Shown one piece after another: positions 10,848-21,442 of a DNA stretch of 64,000 nt; position 1 is the first letter of the stretch; each line of letters opens with the position of its first letter. Position numbers and translations under genes: made by a program. The stretch is from a virus (lineage: Duplodnaviria > Caudoviricetes): IMG/VR virus record IMGVR_UViG_3300043419_000448, positions 743 to 64,742 of that record. One strand, written 5' to 3'. The notes beneath the pieces were generated by a model. The model saw nothing but the letters and a program-made list of their open reading frames with translations, had not been told where the DNA came from and ran no database searches.

Positions 10848-11479
10848 TATACCTCTTCCAAGGTAACTGAGACGTTCCAGTAATCAAAATTGGTGCCTCT
10901 TTTTTCTACAGAGTATGAAAAACTTGATATAAACATTTCTACTATCTGGTTATACTCGCCCAGGTGATTGTATGGAGCATCAGTACCTTTAAAATTTCCT
11001 TTTTTGTCATATGATAGGAAAACCCAGAAAGAACCCTTGTGTCCTTCATACCACTCTAGCATGTCTGCTCCACCTGCACCACCATCTGTTGTGTATGACT
11101 TGTGAGGGGATCTTCCAGTTGTTGTATTAAAGTCTGGGATGTTAGCATGAGATCTTGACGGAATCATGTTCCAACTAGTACTTATCTTAATCTTATCTGC
11201 TGTGTGATATGATCTCATTCGTCCATTGATCATTCTCTCCCGCTTTTCAATACGCTCATCTGAAAAGTCTAATGGGCTTCTATTGTCATCTGTAAGCATT
11301 AAGAACTGATCTATTAATCCTGGATCTTCTTCATTTGAAGTATCTGCGCCAACCTCAAAACCGTAAGGGATGTGTAAACTGTTTATGAGAGTTCCAGAAT
11401 TTTCAGACCAGAGCATACCGCTAGGCCTTCTATACTTCTTACGACTTTGCATGTAGGTGAATCTTGGATCATCGACCAT
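10847..11479 (-). CDS. distal tail protein-like
   Basis: directly follows tape measure; ends WNVSVTLEEV. Confidence 0.6.
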   Translation of the reverse strand: MVDDPRFTYMQSRKKYRRPSGMLWSENSGTLINSLHIPYGFEVGADTSNEEDPGLIDQFLMLTDDNRSPLDFSDERIEKRERMINGRMRSYHTADKIKISTSWNMIPSRSHANIPDFNTTTGRSPHKSYTTDGGAGGADMLEWYEGHKGSFWVFLSYDKKGNFKGTDAPYNHLGEYNQIVEMFISSFSYSVEKRGTNFDYWNVSVTLEEV

Positions 11480-14400
11480 TTATGTTTACCCCCCTTACTC
11501 TTCTGTCATCAACTTGCTTAATTGTCGACATTACTGCCTGTGCAATTTCATTTGGATTAGCATTTGTCTTTGCATTAACAGTTAATGTATATGTATTATT
11601 ATACACTGCCCCGCTAGTTGCATCCCCACTATTAATCTTTTTAAGGTTATCTACGCCGTATGAATCAACTGCATACTTACTCATTACAAATTCTCCTGGA
11701 GTTAGCATTGCTGGAACTGTATCTGTTCCTCTTGCAAACCCACCTTCAGCAAAATACTTTGGAACCATTCCGCCAGAACTCAAGTATCCAAGTGCTTGCT
11801 TTCTTGCTGAAACAATCTGTGCAGATGTTAGAGGAGTGCTTGGGGCAACTGCTGCTAAGTTTTTCATCAATGAGACGGTTGCTGCTTCGGCAGCATCAGT
11901 ATTTCCTGCCTTCTGCATTGACTGAATTGCTGGGATTGCTGTGTTTAATATTGTTGATCTTGCTGCTGATACTGCAGTAGGATTATTTGCAGCCTTTGCT
12001 GCAGCCTCTGCTGCTGCCTTCTCTGCTGCTTCTCTTGCTGACTTCTGTTCTGCAGTTTCTCCAGTAGAAGCAGGAACAACATATGCTCCTGCAGTTGGAT
12101 CATTTCCAATTGTCTTCTGATCCTTGTAGCCCTGAATTAATTTGCCCTGAGTGCTTATTGCGAGTTGCATAGACTCTACAAACTTTGCACTTGAAATCAT
12201 TGCAAGGTCTACTTGATTCTTAATTGCTTCCCATGCATCCTTAGTTTTGCCAAGTACTGTAATTCCTTCGATATCCTTATCTAGTTGAATCTGTCTTAGG
12301 CGAATGAACTCTTGTGCTGGCTCAATCTTATCTTCTTCAATCTTAAAAATTTCATCTTGTAGTTTCTTAATATCTGCTTCAAGTTCTTGTCTGGTTCTGT
12401 ATGTTTTTGTAACAGGGTCGTAGGCTTTTACTCCAGATAACTCAAACTGTCTAGATTGCTCGATGGCATCCTTTTGTTTTGTTACTGCTTCTGCTGCCTG
12501 CTGCGCTCTCATATCTTGCGCTGCTCGTGCTGCTGCTGCGATGTCTCCTGATGTCAAGGCTTCTGCTAATGTTAGTTGTCCCTTTTGCTGGTTAGAAATA
12601 GCAGCGTTTGCTTTTTCTACTTCATCTAAAGCCTTTATTCTTTCATCGTACTTCTGATTAATCTTTTCTTCTTGATCTGCCACAGCCCTTAGTGCTGCTT
12701 CTTTATCATCAATCTTATACTGGGCTGCTGCGATTTCGTTTTGAGCATCTTCAATTATCTGAGCATTACCCTTTGTGTCCAACTTGAACTTAATTTGAAG
12801 TGCTTGCTCTTGGACATCAAATGATTCCATAGCGTTGCCAAACCCTTCATTAAATAGGTCTGACATGAATTCAACAGTATTCTTTAACTGATTTAGTCTT
12901 TCATTAAAATCATTTACAAGTTTGTTAAGTTCGTTTTGTGCACTAACAATAAGTTCTTTATCTGCTCCGCTATTAATTCTCTTCTGAACAAGTGCTTCTT
13001 GTGTAGCAATAGCGCTTTCCATGGCCTTTAGATTTTCATCGGAACCAATGGCAACTGCTGTCTCTGTGCTATATTTTGCTCTTAGTCTATTTTGCTGAGT
13101 AACATCTTTCTTAAACTGTGCAATATCAGTCTTAACTCCAGAAACGGCTGCTGCCTTTTCTTGTGCTGCAGTTAGTGCCTTATACTTTGTAACTAATGAC
13201 TTTAGTGTCTTATCGTTTACTCCATTAGCAATTGCCTGAGCAATAGTCTTGTCTGTTATTAAATCATACGCATTTGCTACTGGAACCCCAAGTCCCGCTA
13301 TTCTATCAAATGCTCTAGTCTGATTATCAAGAGCCTTAGACTCTTCCTCCATGCTAGAGTTCCAATCACCCATAGCAATTGAGTTCATGGCCTCCTGAAT
13401 ATTCTTAGCATCTCTCTTAAGTCCAATGATGTTGCCCTTATTATCAAACTTAAATAGTGAGTTCTTTCTCTTCTCGTATTCCTTTGGATCCATACCTACG
13501 ATCATTTCAATAAAGTCTTGGCTACCACCTAGTTTTCTAATGTCGTTCTCTATACCGCTGAACACATCGATGGTCTTGCTGCCACCAAAGAGGCCATCTA
13601 AAGCCTTGCGAGAGGCGCTCCAGCCCTCTGTGACCTTGATCTGGTTCTTTCTTACGTCCCTAAGTTTCTTCACTAAGTCGTCAAGAGGAGATGCTTCTAC
13701 CTTTGCCTTTTCTGTAGTTCCACCGCCTGTTGCTGGTGCATTAGTGTTTACTTGAACATTATCTGTTACAGCCTTATTTCCTTGAGATTCTATATACTTC
13801 TGTACAATATAAGACTTGCTACCCTTTATGTTCTGGTTTTCTTTGCGCCATGCCTTGAAGTCTTCGCTTTCAAGAATCTTAGCCTCTGGAACATTTATTA
13901 GTGTAGAAATTGTTGTTGTATACACCTTTTGCTGATCTTCTGTCAATGTGTTGAAGTATGCCTCATCAAATGCTGCAGTCCCCTTAACCTCTGGCATAAT
14001 TTCATAAACAAGTTTTGCTGTAAGATCTTTGCTTCCTTCAATACTATCAAGCATTTTATTTAATTTTTCGTATGCTTCTTTGTTCTTTGGGTCTGTATAG
14101 TAACTGACCATAACTGCAGATGGAATTACTGTGTTAAGGTTATTCAACTTGATAATATTTTTTGTAAAATCAAGTGCGTCAGATTCTTTTTCAAATGCCT
14201 CTACTCTTGTAATAAATTGTGTTTGAACTTTCTTATCAACAACATCGTCTGAGCCAAGAATATTCTGCGCTGCAACACCAATAGATTCAGATGTTGCTCC
14301 ACTAAACTTTGTGATAATATTCATCATCTTTGGAGCAATGTCTTTATTCTCTGCTGCTAGACCAAGTAGGGTTCTGAATACTGCTGGAGGGATATCTCCA

Positions 14401-17400
14401 CTTGCCATCTTTGCTTGAATTAGATACTCTTGACCGCTATCAATTAAACCATCACTTCTTAAGTTTTTGGCTTGTTCATTAACAACATCTACATATGCTA
14501 ATTGATTTGGGTCATTTTTATATCTTGCAGTGGTTGCTTTTTTCATTCCACCCATCATTGCTTCTTGAAGACCACCAGCATTATTATACTGAGAAACAAT
14601 GTCTCCCTGTAGTTTACCCTGAACAGTAGTTAGTTTATCTCGTTCTTTAATATATTTTGTTTGCATTTCATTGGCTTCATTAATCTTGCCTTGTAATCTT
14701 AACTCTTCTATTTTCTTCTGATAGTACATATCAAAAGAATCAAGCATCTGCTTGTTTTGTTCTAATGCAATCTTTGAGTCTACCGCTGCTGCTGCGCCAA
14801 GAGTACCTGCTTGCTTTGCAAATTTCTTTGATGCAAAGAATGCACCGATTCCTCCTACTGCTGCACCAATACCTGCTCCAATTGTTGCTCCAATTCCTGC
14901 CGTAATAACAGCAAGTGGTCCGCCGACGGCACCTAGAGCGCCTCCAATCATTCCGCCAATTCCTGCACCTGCTGCTGCGCCACCGAGTGCTGATGCACCG
15001 ATACCAGCAACCTGCATAGTCTTTTGCCCAGCAAGTTTTGTTATTGGTCCGCCTAAACCTCCACCACCATTTTTTGCATTATCTGCAGTTGCTTTCATGT
15101 TTTTAGAATTTTGAGCAATCATATCAATTCTTACCTGAAGAGGATTCTTGTCAAGATTTTCACCATTTGGACCAAGCAGTGACTCCATCTGAGCAATTAC
15201 TTTAAGACCAATAGACATATCTCCAGCCTGTCTTGCTGCATTCATTGCTAGACTCTTTGCTTGCCCCATATCTATAGCACCAGACATTATAGATGCTGTT
15301 AGTTGTCCACTTAGATCTTTTGCTGCTATATTACCTTTACCTGCAGCATTTTGTTCTGAAATTCTTTTTGTAAGCGCTTTTCCTTCTTCTGTTTGGATAA
15401 ATGCTTCTCCATATGAAGTCTTTCCAGTTGCTGGGCCAAGCATTTGGAAGGAGTTTCTTCTTCTCATATCCATCTGCTCTGATGCTGTAACCTTACCGCT
15501 AAACTTTGCAATACTATCTATTGCAGATGTGGAACCCTTAAACTTTTCTCCTTCTTCTAAAACCTTATTTGCTGCTTTATCAAATGCCATTCTTAATGCA
15601 ACAAATGATCCAACAGTTGCTGTAAGTCCAATAGCAAGTGCTGCTGCAGGGCTCTTCAACATTGGAGCAATCATAGACAAGCCCATTAACGGCATCATTA
15701 ACTGTTGAGAAATCTCTCCGACTTTTCCTCCAGCCATAGAGCCAATCATTGTTGCTCCTGAAGCAATTCCTAGTGCACCACCAACACCCATTCCTGGTTT
15801 CTTTCCTGCATCTATTCTTGCCTGTGTTTTGGCTGCTCTTTTCTCTCCATATGCTTGAATTCTTCCACGAGGACTTCTTGCATATGCATCTGCCTGTGCT
15901 TTGGCTGCTGCTCTTTCAGAAATTATTTGCTGACGATATGCTGCCTTTTCTGCAATAGCACTTCTCTTTGCTCGTAATTGCTCTTGGCGACGAAGCGACT
16001 TTGCATCAGCATCAATAGGGCCTGTGCCGTACAGTCTAGTCTTAGACGCTGCTATCTTTGCCTGAGTTCTTGCCTCTGCTCTTTGACGCTTTTCTTGTTG
16101 ACGGCGAAGGGACTTTGCTTCTGCATCTACTGGACCCATGCCATATAACATAGTCCTTGAGGCTGCTGCTGCAGACTGAGAAAGTGTTGTTCCAATATTT
16201 GCACCAACTGCTTTTGCTTCTGCTACTGATCCTCTTGCTCCATCAATTATTGCTGTTGAAACTGAAGACATTGATTCTGGAGCATCTGCAAATCCAGGTC
16301 TAATAACTTTACCAACTCTAACTCTCTTAGGCTTTTGAACGACTCTCTGGTTTTCTTTAGGCTCTTCCATGACTCGTGTATCTTTTGGACTTCCAGAAGA
16401 CGACTTAACATTTGCAGGTTTTCTCTTTGTTTTTGGCTTTGTTAGTTTTCCAGTCTTCTTATCCTCAAGCATTTCATCTGGCTTAACAACAATAGATGAA
16501 TGAAGTTTGTGTATCTTCTTCCAGTCAACTTTGAGTCCTGCCTCAAGCCTATCGACCATTGCCTTGTATACTGGCTTTTCTTCAGGAGACAAATCAAAAC
16601 TTGCTACCGTCTTCTTTAGTTTTGGAAGAACCCTATTGATCTCAGCCTTCATTGCCTTATCGTATTCTTCTGCACTCATTCCCTTTGCAATCTGGAATGT
16701 TTCTTCAGCAAAGAACTTTTTACGTCCCTTTACTGGCTGGTCTATACCAAGGTTTATTCTTGCTTGCTCTTCCATTGATGGAAGGTTTGCTGCAAAGTCT
16801 CTCTTACCAGAAGCAGTTCCAAACACTCCTGCTGGTCCAACATCTGCAAGTATGTTTCCAGAAAGGTTTCCTCTTCCTAGGTCTTTGTCTGCACGAAGTG
16901 CTGCAGCAACATTTTGCTTAATGTACTCTTCTTTAGTAAACTTGTTTGACATCTTTGATGGATCAAACTTTGGATCAAATGCAGACTCAAGAGCAAACAT
17001 CTTCTTGCCAGTTATTGGGTCTTCAATGATTCTTAACTTTTGGTCTGGAGCATCTAGTCCATGAACATCTCTAGCAATCTGTGTTGCTCTCTGTTCTGCT
17101 AGTGCTGATCTTTCGTCAATCATTGGCTTTACATATACTTTTTTACCATCCGCTGTTTCATAAACTCCAGAAGCGTCTCTTGCTGCTATATTGCTAAATC
17201 CGCCTCCAGTTGCTAAATGTTTTGCATAGGTAGTTATTGGTCTACCCTTGATTTCTTCTGGGCCCAGACCATCTAGAACACGTCGTGCTGCTTCAAGAAC
17301 TTTCTTCTTTGCTTGTCCACCAATTTTAACTGAGCCTGAAGATCCATCAGATCTACCTGTCTGCCACTTCTCTCCGTCTAGAACTCCACTGTTAAATCCT

Positions 17401-20297
17401 TTTCGTATTGGATAAGGAGGCTTTGTACTTACTTCTGGTCTTTCAAATGCAACGATATTTCCATTAGCATCTCTTCGTACAGAAACTGGATAGTTTGGAT
17501 GGTTATCTGCAAGTCTTTGAACTGCAGTTATAATTGTCTTTTGTCCAGTTGCCTCTACAGCCTTAAGTAGTTGAGCAGGAGTTGCTGGAGTCTTATCGTA
17601 CTTTACCTTTGGAGTACTATATCCTCCAACACCTGCTGCAGACATGATTCTTTCTACTGCTGGAGTAAACTTAGGATCTCTTGCAAGTCCACCAATGATA
17701 CCTGTTTTTAGATTTCCCATTCGTGAGTAGATTGTCTTGTCGCCAATTTTGTATCCATCTGGCAAATCCTTTAATGAAAGAAGAAGATTCTTTCGTATTC
17801 TATTTGTTACCTTGGCAGCATCATCTGCACCCATATTGAGTGGAGGAGACATCAGTCTTGTTGTCATTGTTTCTACTGCATAGGCCTTTTTAATTGCTCT
17901 TTCATATTCTCTTACATCTAACTGATTGTTTGTAAGTGCTTTGTGAATATCTTCTGGAATGTCAAACCCTAAACCACCGTATACGTTCGCCTTTGGAACC
18001 TGTCTTGCTGAAAGACTTCTTCTCTTGCTTTCAAATTCATCAGGAAGGTCCTCAACATTGACAATGCGCTTATCCATTGCATGTGCAAAAACACTTGTAG
18101 GCTTCTTTCTTTTACCAACAGGAGTTACTTCTTCAGTTCCGCTGTTGAATCCTTGAATACTTCCATTTACCATCGCTCCAATTATTGGACGCATCGCTGG
18201 GTTCTGTGCAACCTGTGCTGGGATAACTGCTTCACCAGGGGTAAGCATTGCTGGTACAGTATCTCTATTACCTATTCCTGGAACTTCTGTTGTCCCTGTT
18301 GAATACTTCTTTATTCCCTTGGCTCCTGCGCCACCTCTAACTGGACCAGTGAATCCTGCCTGTGCTGCAATTGCTCTCTTGTATGCATTAGCAAGTGCAT
18401 TAACGGCAGTTGCTTCAGATGTAAATGTTTGGTTAAGTTTTGTATGAACCTGATCAAGTGATGCTGCAACAGCAGAGGCTTCTAGTTGCTCTTTAGTTAG
18501 GTAGGATGTTTGCTCTCCCAAAACTTTGCTAGAGTTTCCAGTTCTATTGTACATAGACTTCATGCTTGCAAATAGTTTAATTATATTAGCAACAGCGTTA
18601 GCAATCAAACCAAATGTCATAAGAAGAACTGGACCAATACCTGCTACAGCAACTGTGAAGATTGTTAAAAACTTCTTGCTTCCATCTCCTAGGTTGTTAA
18701 ACTTCTCAAGTATCTTTCCAACAAACTCAACAATTGGAGTTAATGCCTTTAGGAACTGCTCTCCAACTGGAGCAATAGCCATCTTTAAGTCTTCCATAGA
18801 TTTCTTGAACTTGTATGTTGTTGTGTTCTGAATCTTATCTAATTCTCGCTGTGATAGGATTGCAAGTTCTTCTGTTGTTGCTTTTGTAAGACCAAGAACT
18901 CTCTGTGCTTGTGTGCCCTGCGCTGTTACGTTTTGAAATAGTGTTGAGAGTCTTGAGAACTGGAACTTACCGAATAGTTGCTCAATTGCACGAGCACGGT
19001 TAAGTGGATCAAGTGTATCAAGCGCTTGAGCAAAGCCAACTACTGTACCCTTGATATCTCCCTTGTTTGCTTCAACAATTCCTCTAATATTAACACCAAG
19101 ACCTGCAAGCATCTTGCTTGCTTTTTCTGATGGATTAATTAAAGAGGCAAGACCAGACTTAAGAGCGTTGGCACCTTCTGAAGCATTAATTCCACCTTCC
19201 TTCATTGCTGTAAGGAAGAATGCTAAATCTTCTACGTCTCCGCCAAGTTGCTGAACAACTGGACCAGCCTTTGGAATTGCAATAGTCAAATCTTCAATAG
19301 ATACAACAGTCTGGTTTTCTACTGCGTTAAGGAAGTCAATCTTGTTTGCTAAATCTTCTGTTGCAACACCAAAAGCATTAGTTACAGAAATAGTTGTCTC
19401 TAAAGCCTGCGCTTGCTCTACGCCACCAAGGACTGCAAGACGAGTAGCCTGTGCAACCTGTGCAGTTAGTTCTGCACCCATCTTACCCATTGCTGCTGCA
19501 TCGGCAGCCATCTTCATGGTGTCTTCTATTGCAACGCCGTACTTTGTATATTCTTTTGCAAGTGTCTGGATCTGCTTGACCATTGCATCAGTCTCTTCTT
19601 GCGTTGTAAACATTTCTCCGTATACTCGCTTGAATCGGATGGCCTGCTCTTCAAGTTTCATGAATGTCTTAGCAGCAGTTGTTCCAAGCATTGCTAAAGG
19701 AACAGTAAAACCAACCATCAACTGACGGCCTGCCCACTGAGTATTCTTACCGAAGTTTAGAAGGTTTGTCGAACCTTGCTTTAAAAGTTGATTAAGTAGT
19801 TGCTGTCTTTGTGCAGCGATGGCAGTCTGTGTGCCAAGATTTTTCATGTCAAGGGTTAGAGGTCTTACCGCAATACCCTGAAGTGCTCCATTTGCTCCAC
19901 GACCCAACTTAATGTACTGGGTCTGAATGTCCTTTACACGCTCTCGTGCAACCTTGTTGATTGTTTCAAATTCACTCTTAAATAATCTACCAAACGTTTT
20001 TGTTGCAGCGCCAGTATATCTAAAATATTCTCGTGATGTTAGTTTATTTCTTTCTAGCGAGTCAGTGAACTGCTCTGTACTCGTTGTAACCTTTCGCATA
20101 GATGCTTGGAACTGTCCAGTTGCATTTATGCTGTTCATCAAGTTCTGTGCTTGATTTGCTGCTACCGCTGATGCTGCGGTACCAGACTTTGCCATCTGGG
20201 TGTGGAAGGCTGATATCTGACGTTGCAGAAGTTTTAGACTTGCTAAAGCATCTGACGTATCAATATTTACATGAATATTGGATTCAATATCAGCCAT
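11469..20297 (-). CDS. tail tape measure protein with inserted domains
   Basis: 2942 aa, Ala/Gly/Lys-rich helical; TP901-type core (EGANALKS...GVNI), hydrophobic stretches, two DTVPAMLTPGE motifs. Confidence 0.92.
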   Translation of the reverse strand: MADIESNIHVNIDTSDALASLKLLQRQISAFHTQMAKSGTAASAVAANQAQNLMNSINATGQFQASMRKVTTSTEQFTDSLERNKLTSREYFRYTGAATKTFGRLFKSEFETINKVARERVKDIQTQYIKLGRGANGALQGIAVRPLTLDMKNLGTQTAIAAQRQQLLNQLLKQGSTNLLNFGKNTQWAGRQLMVGFTVPLAMLGTTAAKTFMKLEEQAIRFKRVYGEMFTTQEETDAMVKQIQTLAKEYTKYGVAIEDTMKMAADAAAMGKMGAELTAQVAQATRLAVLGGVEQAQALETTISVTNAFGVATEDLANKIDFLNAVENQTVVSIEDLTIAIPKAGPVVQQLGGDVEDLAFFLTAMKEGGINASEGANALKSGLASLINPSEKASKMLAGLGVNIRGIVEANKGDIKGTVVGFAQALDTLDPLNRARAIEQLFGKFQFSRLSTLFQNVTAQGTQAQRVLGLTKATTEELAILSQRELDKIQNTTTYKFKKSMEDLKMAIAPVGEQFLKALTPIVEFVGKILEKFNNLGDGSKKFLTIFTVAVAGIGPVLLMTFGLIANAVANIIKLFASMKSMYNRTGNSSKVLGEQTSYLTKEQLEASAVAASLDQVHTKLNQTFTSEATAVNALANAYKRAIAAQAGFTGPVRGGAGAKGIKKYSTGTTEVPGIGNRDTVPAMLTPGEAVIPAQVAQNPAMRPIIGAMVNGSIQGFNSGTEEVTPVGKRKKPTSVFAHAMDKRIVNVEDLPDEFESKRRSLSARQVPKANVYGGLGFDIPEDIHKALTNNQLDVREYERAIKKAYAVETMTTRLMSPPLNMGADDAAKVTNRIRKNLLLSLKDLPDGYKIGDKTIYSRMGNLKTGIIGGLARDPKFTPAVERIMSAAGVGGYSTPKVKYDKTPATPAQLLKAVEATGQKTIITAVQRLADNHPNYPVSVRRDANGNIVAFERPEVSTKPPYPIRKGFNSGVLDGEKWQTGRSDGSSGSVKIGGQAKKKVLEAARRVLDGLGPEEIKGRPITTYAKHLATGGGFSNIAARDASGVYETADGKKVYVKPMIDERSALAEQRATQIARDVHGLDAPDQKLRIIEDPITGKKMFALESAFDPKFDPSKMSNKFTKEEYIKQNVAAALRADKDLGRGNLSGNILADVGPAGVFGTASGKRDFAANLPSMEEQARINLGIDQPVKGRKKFFAEETFQIAKGMSAEEYDKAMKAEINRVLPKLKKTVASFDLSPEEKPVYKAMVDRLEAGLKVDWKKIHKLHSSIVVKPDEMLEDKKTGKLTKPKTKRKPANVKSSSGSPKDTRVMEEPKENQRVVQKPKRVRVGKVIRPGFADAPESMSSVSTAIIDGARGSVAEAKAVGANIGTTLSQSAAAASRTMLYGMGPVDAEAKSLRRQQEKRQRAEARTQAKIAASKTRLYGTGPIDADAKSLRRQEQLRAKRSAIAEKAAYRQQIISERAAAKAQADAYARSPRGRIQAYGEKRAAKTQARIDAGKKPGMGVGGALGIASGATMIGSMAGGKVGEISQQLMMPLMGLSMIAPMLKSPAAALAIGLTATVGSFVALRMAFDKAANKVLEEGEKFKGSTSAIDSIAKFSGKVTASEQMDMRRRNSFQMLGPATGKTSYGEAFIQTEEGKALTKRISEQNAAGKGNIAAKDLSGQLTASIMSGAIDMGQAKSLAMNAARQAGDMSIGLKVIAQMESLLGPNGENLDKNPLQVRIDMIAQNSKNMKATADNAKNGGGGLGGPITKLAGQKTMQVAGIGASALGGAAAGAGIGGMIGGALGAVGGPLAVITAGIGATIGAGIGAAVGGIGAFFASKKFAKQAGTLGAAAAVDSKIALEQNKQMLDSFDMYYQKKIEELRLQGKINEANEMQTKYIKERDKLTTVQGKLQGDIVSQYNNAGGLQEAMMGGMKKATTARYKNDPNQLAYVDVVNEQAKNLRSDGLIDSGQEYLIQAKMASGDIPPAVFRTLLGLAAENKDIAPKMMNIITKFSGATSESIGVAAQNILGSDDVVDKKVQTQFITRVEAFEKESDALDFTKNIIKLNNLNTVIPSAVMVSYYTDPKNKEAYEKLNKMLDSIEGSKDLTAKLVYEIMPEVKGTAAFDEAYFNTLTEDQQKVYTTTISTLINVPEAKILESEDFKAWRKENQNIKGSKSYIVQKYIESQGNKAVTDNVQVNTNAPATGGGTTEKAKVEASPLDDLVKKLRDVRKNQIKVTEGWSASRKALDGLFGGSKTIDVFSGIENDIRKLGGSQDFIEMIVGMDPKEYEKRKNSLFKFDNKGNIIGLKRDAKNIQEAMNSIAMGDWNSSMEEESKALDNQTRAFDRIAGLGVPVANAYDLITDKTIAQAIANGVNDKTLKSLVTKYKALTAAQEKAAAVSGVKTDIAQFKKDVTQQNRLRAKYSTETAVAIGSDENLKAMESAIATQEALVQKRINSGADKELIVSAQNELNKLVNDFNERLNQLKNTVEFMSDLFNEGFGNAMESFDVQEQALQIKFKLDTKGNAQIIEDAQNEIAAAQYKIDDKEAALRAVADQEEKINQKYDERIKALDEVEKANAAISNQQKGQLTLAEALTSGDIAAAARAAQDMRAQQAAEAVTKQKDAIEQSRQFELSGVKAYDPVTKTYRTRQELEADIKKLQDEIFKIEEDKIEPAQEFIRLRQIQLDKDIEGITVLGKTKDAWEAIKNQVDLAMISSAKFVESMQLAISTQGKLIQGYKDQKTIGNDPTAGAYVVPASTGETAEQKSAREAAEKAAAEAAAKAANNPTAVSAARSTILNTAIPAIQSMQKAGNTDAAEAATVSLMKNLAAVAPSTPLTSAQIVSARKQALGYLSSGGMVPKYFAEGGFARGTDTVPAMLTPGEFVMSKYAVDSYGVDNLKKINSGDATSGAVYNNTYTLTVNAKTNANPNEIAQAVMSTIKQVDDRRVRGVNINGR

Positions 20298-20314
20298 CCA
20301 TCAACACCTCTTAT

Positions 20315-20641
20315 TTAATTATTTACAAGGTTACCGATAAGGGATGCATCAGAAAGTTTAATTCCTGAAGCCTCTTCGACGATCTTGTATACAGTTGGAA
20401 GATCTAGATTTTCTTCTAGGGCTTCCTTGTCTTCTGCCAATTCTGGCTTGTATTGCTGCATTGCAATTTGTACACAGTCCATGAGTAGATCCATTGACTT
20501 TTCATTATCTTCTGCGACCTTAGCGATGTCTTCAAACTTCTTCATAAAAGGGCGAAGTAGAGAGATCTTGAGTGGTCTTACCTTGACCTTAGTACCATCA
20601 ATCAGTGTTACGGTCTTTTCTTCTGTAGTGGCTGCTGCCAT
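20315..20641 (-). CDS. tail assembly chaperone, short paralog
   Basis: directly before tape measure; aligns with N-half of 20698..21378 (PLKI, AMQQY.P, NLDLPT.Y.I, GIK); AGGAGG SD. Confidence 0.7.
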   Translation of the reverse strand: MAAATTEEKTVTLIDGTKVKVRPLKISLLRPFMKKFEDIAKVAEDNEKSMDLLMDCVQIAMQQYKPELAEDKEALEENLDLPTVYKIVEEASGIKLSDASLIGNLVNN

Positions 20642-20668
20642 TTTATTCCTCCTTATAAGGTTAAGTTA

Positions 20669-20677
20669 ATTATACCA
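20669..20677 (-). promoter_or_regulatory. extended -10 element TGGTATAAT
   Basis: upstream of SD and ATG of short chaperone. Confidence 0.6.
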
Positions 20678-20697
20678 TAGCGGAGGCTATTTTTTTA

Positions 20698-21378
20698 CTA
20701 ATCGTAAACTTCGTAATCAAGGCCCATTCCGATTCCAAAACCAGCCTTTTCTGCATTCATTCCCTGTAAAGCAAGAATGTCACTTCCGTCTGTTGTCTTT
20801 CCTTTACTAAACACTCTTGCCTTCATGTCTTCCCACTCATTACCGCTACCGCTATTTTTATCTAAATCTACACCCTGCATAGCAGCAGAAAACTTTTTAT
20901 CACTATAGTCTAGTTCTCTTTTTATCTGTAATGTTGCTGTCAATTCTTGCATAGACATTGATGACTCAAGTTGATCGTAGTCTTTCCATATACCAAGAAG
21001 GAAAACCTCTGATTCTAGTTTTGCTAGGTCTAAAGTATCCCAAGAAGAACCGCTTTCAACTGCTTGATCTTTAACAGCATCATCTGACTTCTGGTTAATT
21101 TTGATTCCTGCTGCTACATCAATTATGTCATAGATGGTTGGCAAATCTAGATTATCTTCTAGATCTTCAATAGTTTTAATTGATGGACAGTACTGTTGCA
21201 TAGCAACTAATGCACATTGAGCAAGCACTGCTATTGACTCATCATCAGTTTGCGCTTCTTTGATAGTCTCAAAAGTTTCAAGAAACTCTCTCAAGTATTT
21301 TATTTTTAGTGGTGCAGCAACAATAACCCTGTCATCTACCAAGGATATTTTCTTTGTATCATATATTTTTGTTGCCAT
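20698..21378 (-). CDS. tail assembly chaperone, long paralog (G+T-like)
   Basis: between major tail and tape measure; start MATKIYD is 6 nt after TGGTATACT. Confidence 0.7.
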   Translation of the reverse strand: MATKIYDTKKISLVDDRVIVAAPLKIKYLREFLETFETIKEAQTDDESIAVLAQCALVAMQQYCPSIKTIEDLEDNLDLPTIYDIIDVAAGIKINQKSDDAVKDQAVESGSSWDTLDLAKLESEVFLLGIWKDYDQLESSMSMQELTATLQIKRELDYSDKKFSAAMQGVDLDKNSGSGNEWEDMKARVFSKGKTTDGSDILALQGMNAEKAGFGIGMGLDYEVYD

Positions 21379-21400
21379 GATATAAGTATACCAAACAGAA

Positions 21401-21426
21401 AGGCCCAACCCCGAAGGATTGAGCCT
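21401..21426 (-). terminator. intrinsic terminator after major tail gene
   Basis: AGGCTCAATCC-TTCG-GGGTTGGGCCT then TTCTGTTT. Confidence 0.8.
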
Positions 21427-21442
21427 CTCATATTAAGTTGTA

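Noticed and set aside
20689-20700. Slippery A-run for a tail chaperone frameshift
   Set aside because: The run lies after the stop codon of the upstream ORF, and the downstream ORF has its own promoter and SD
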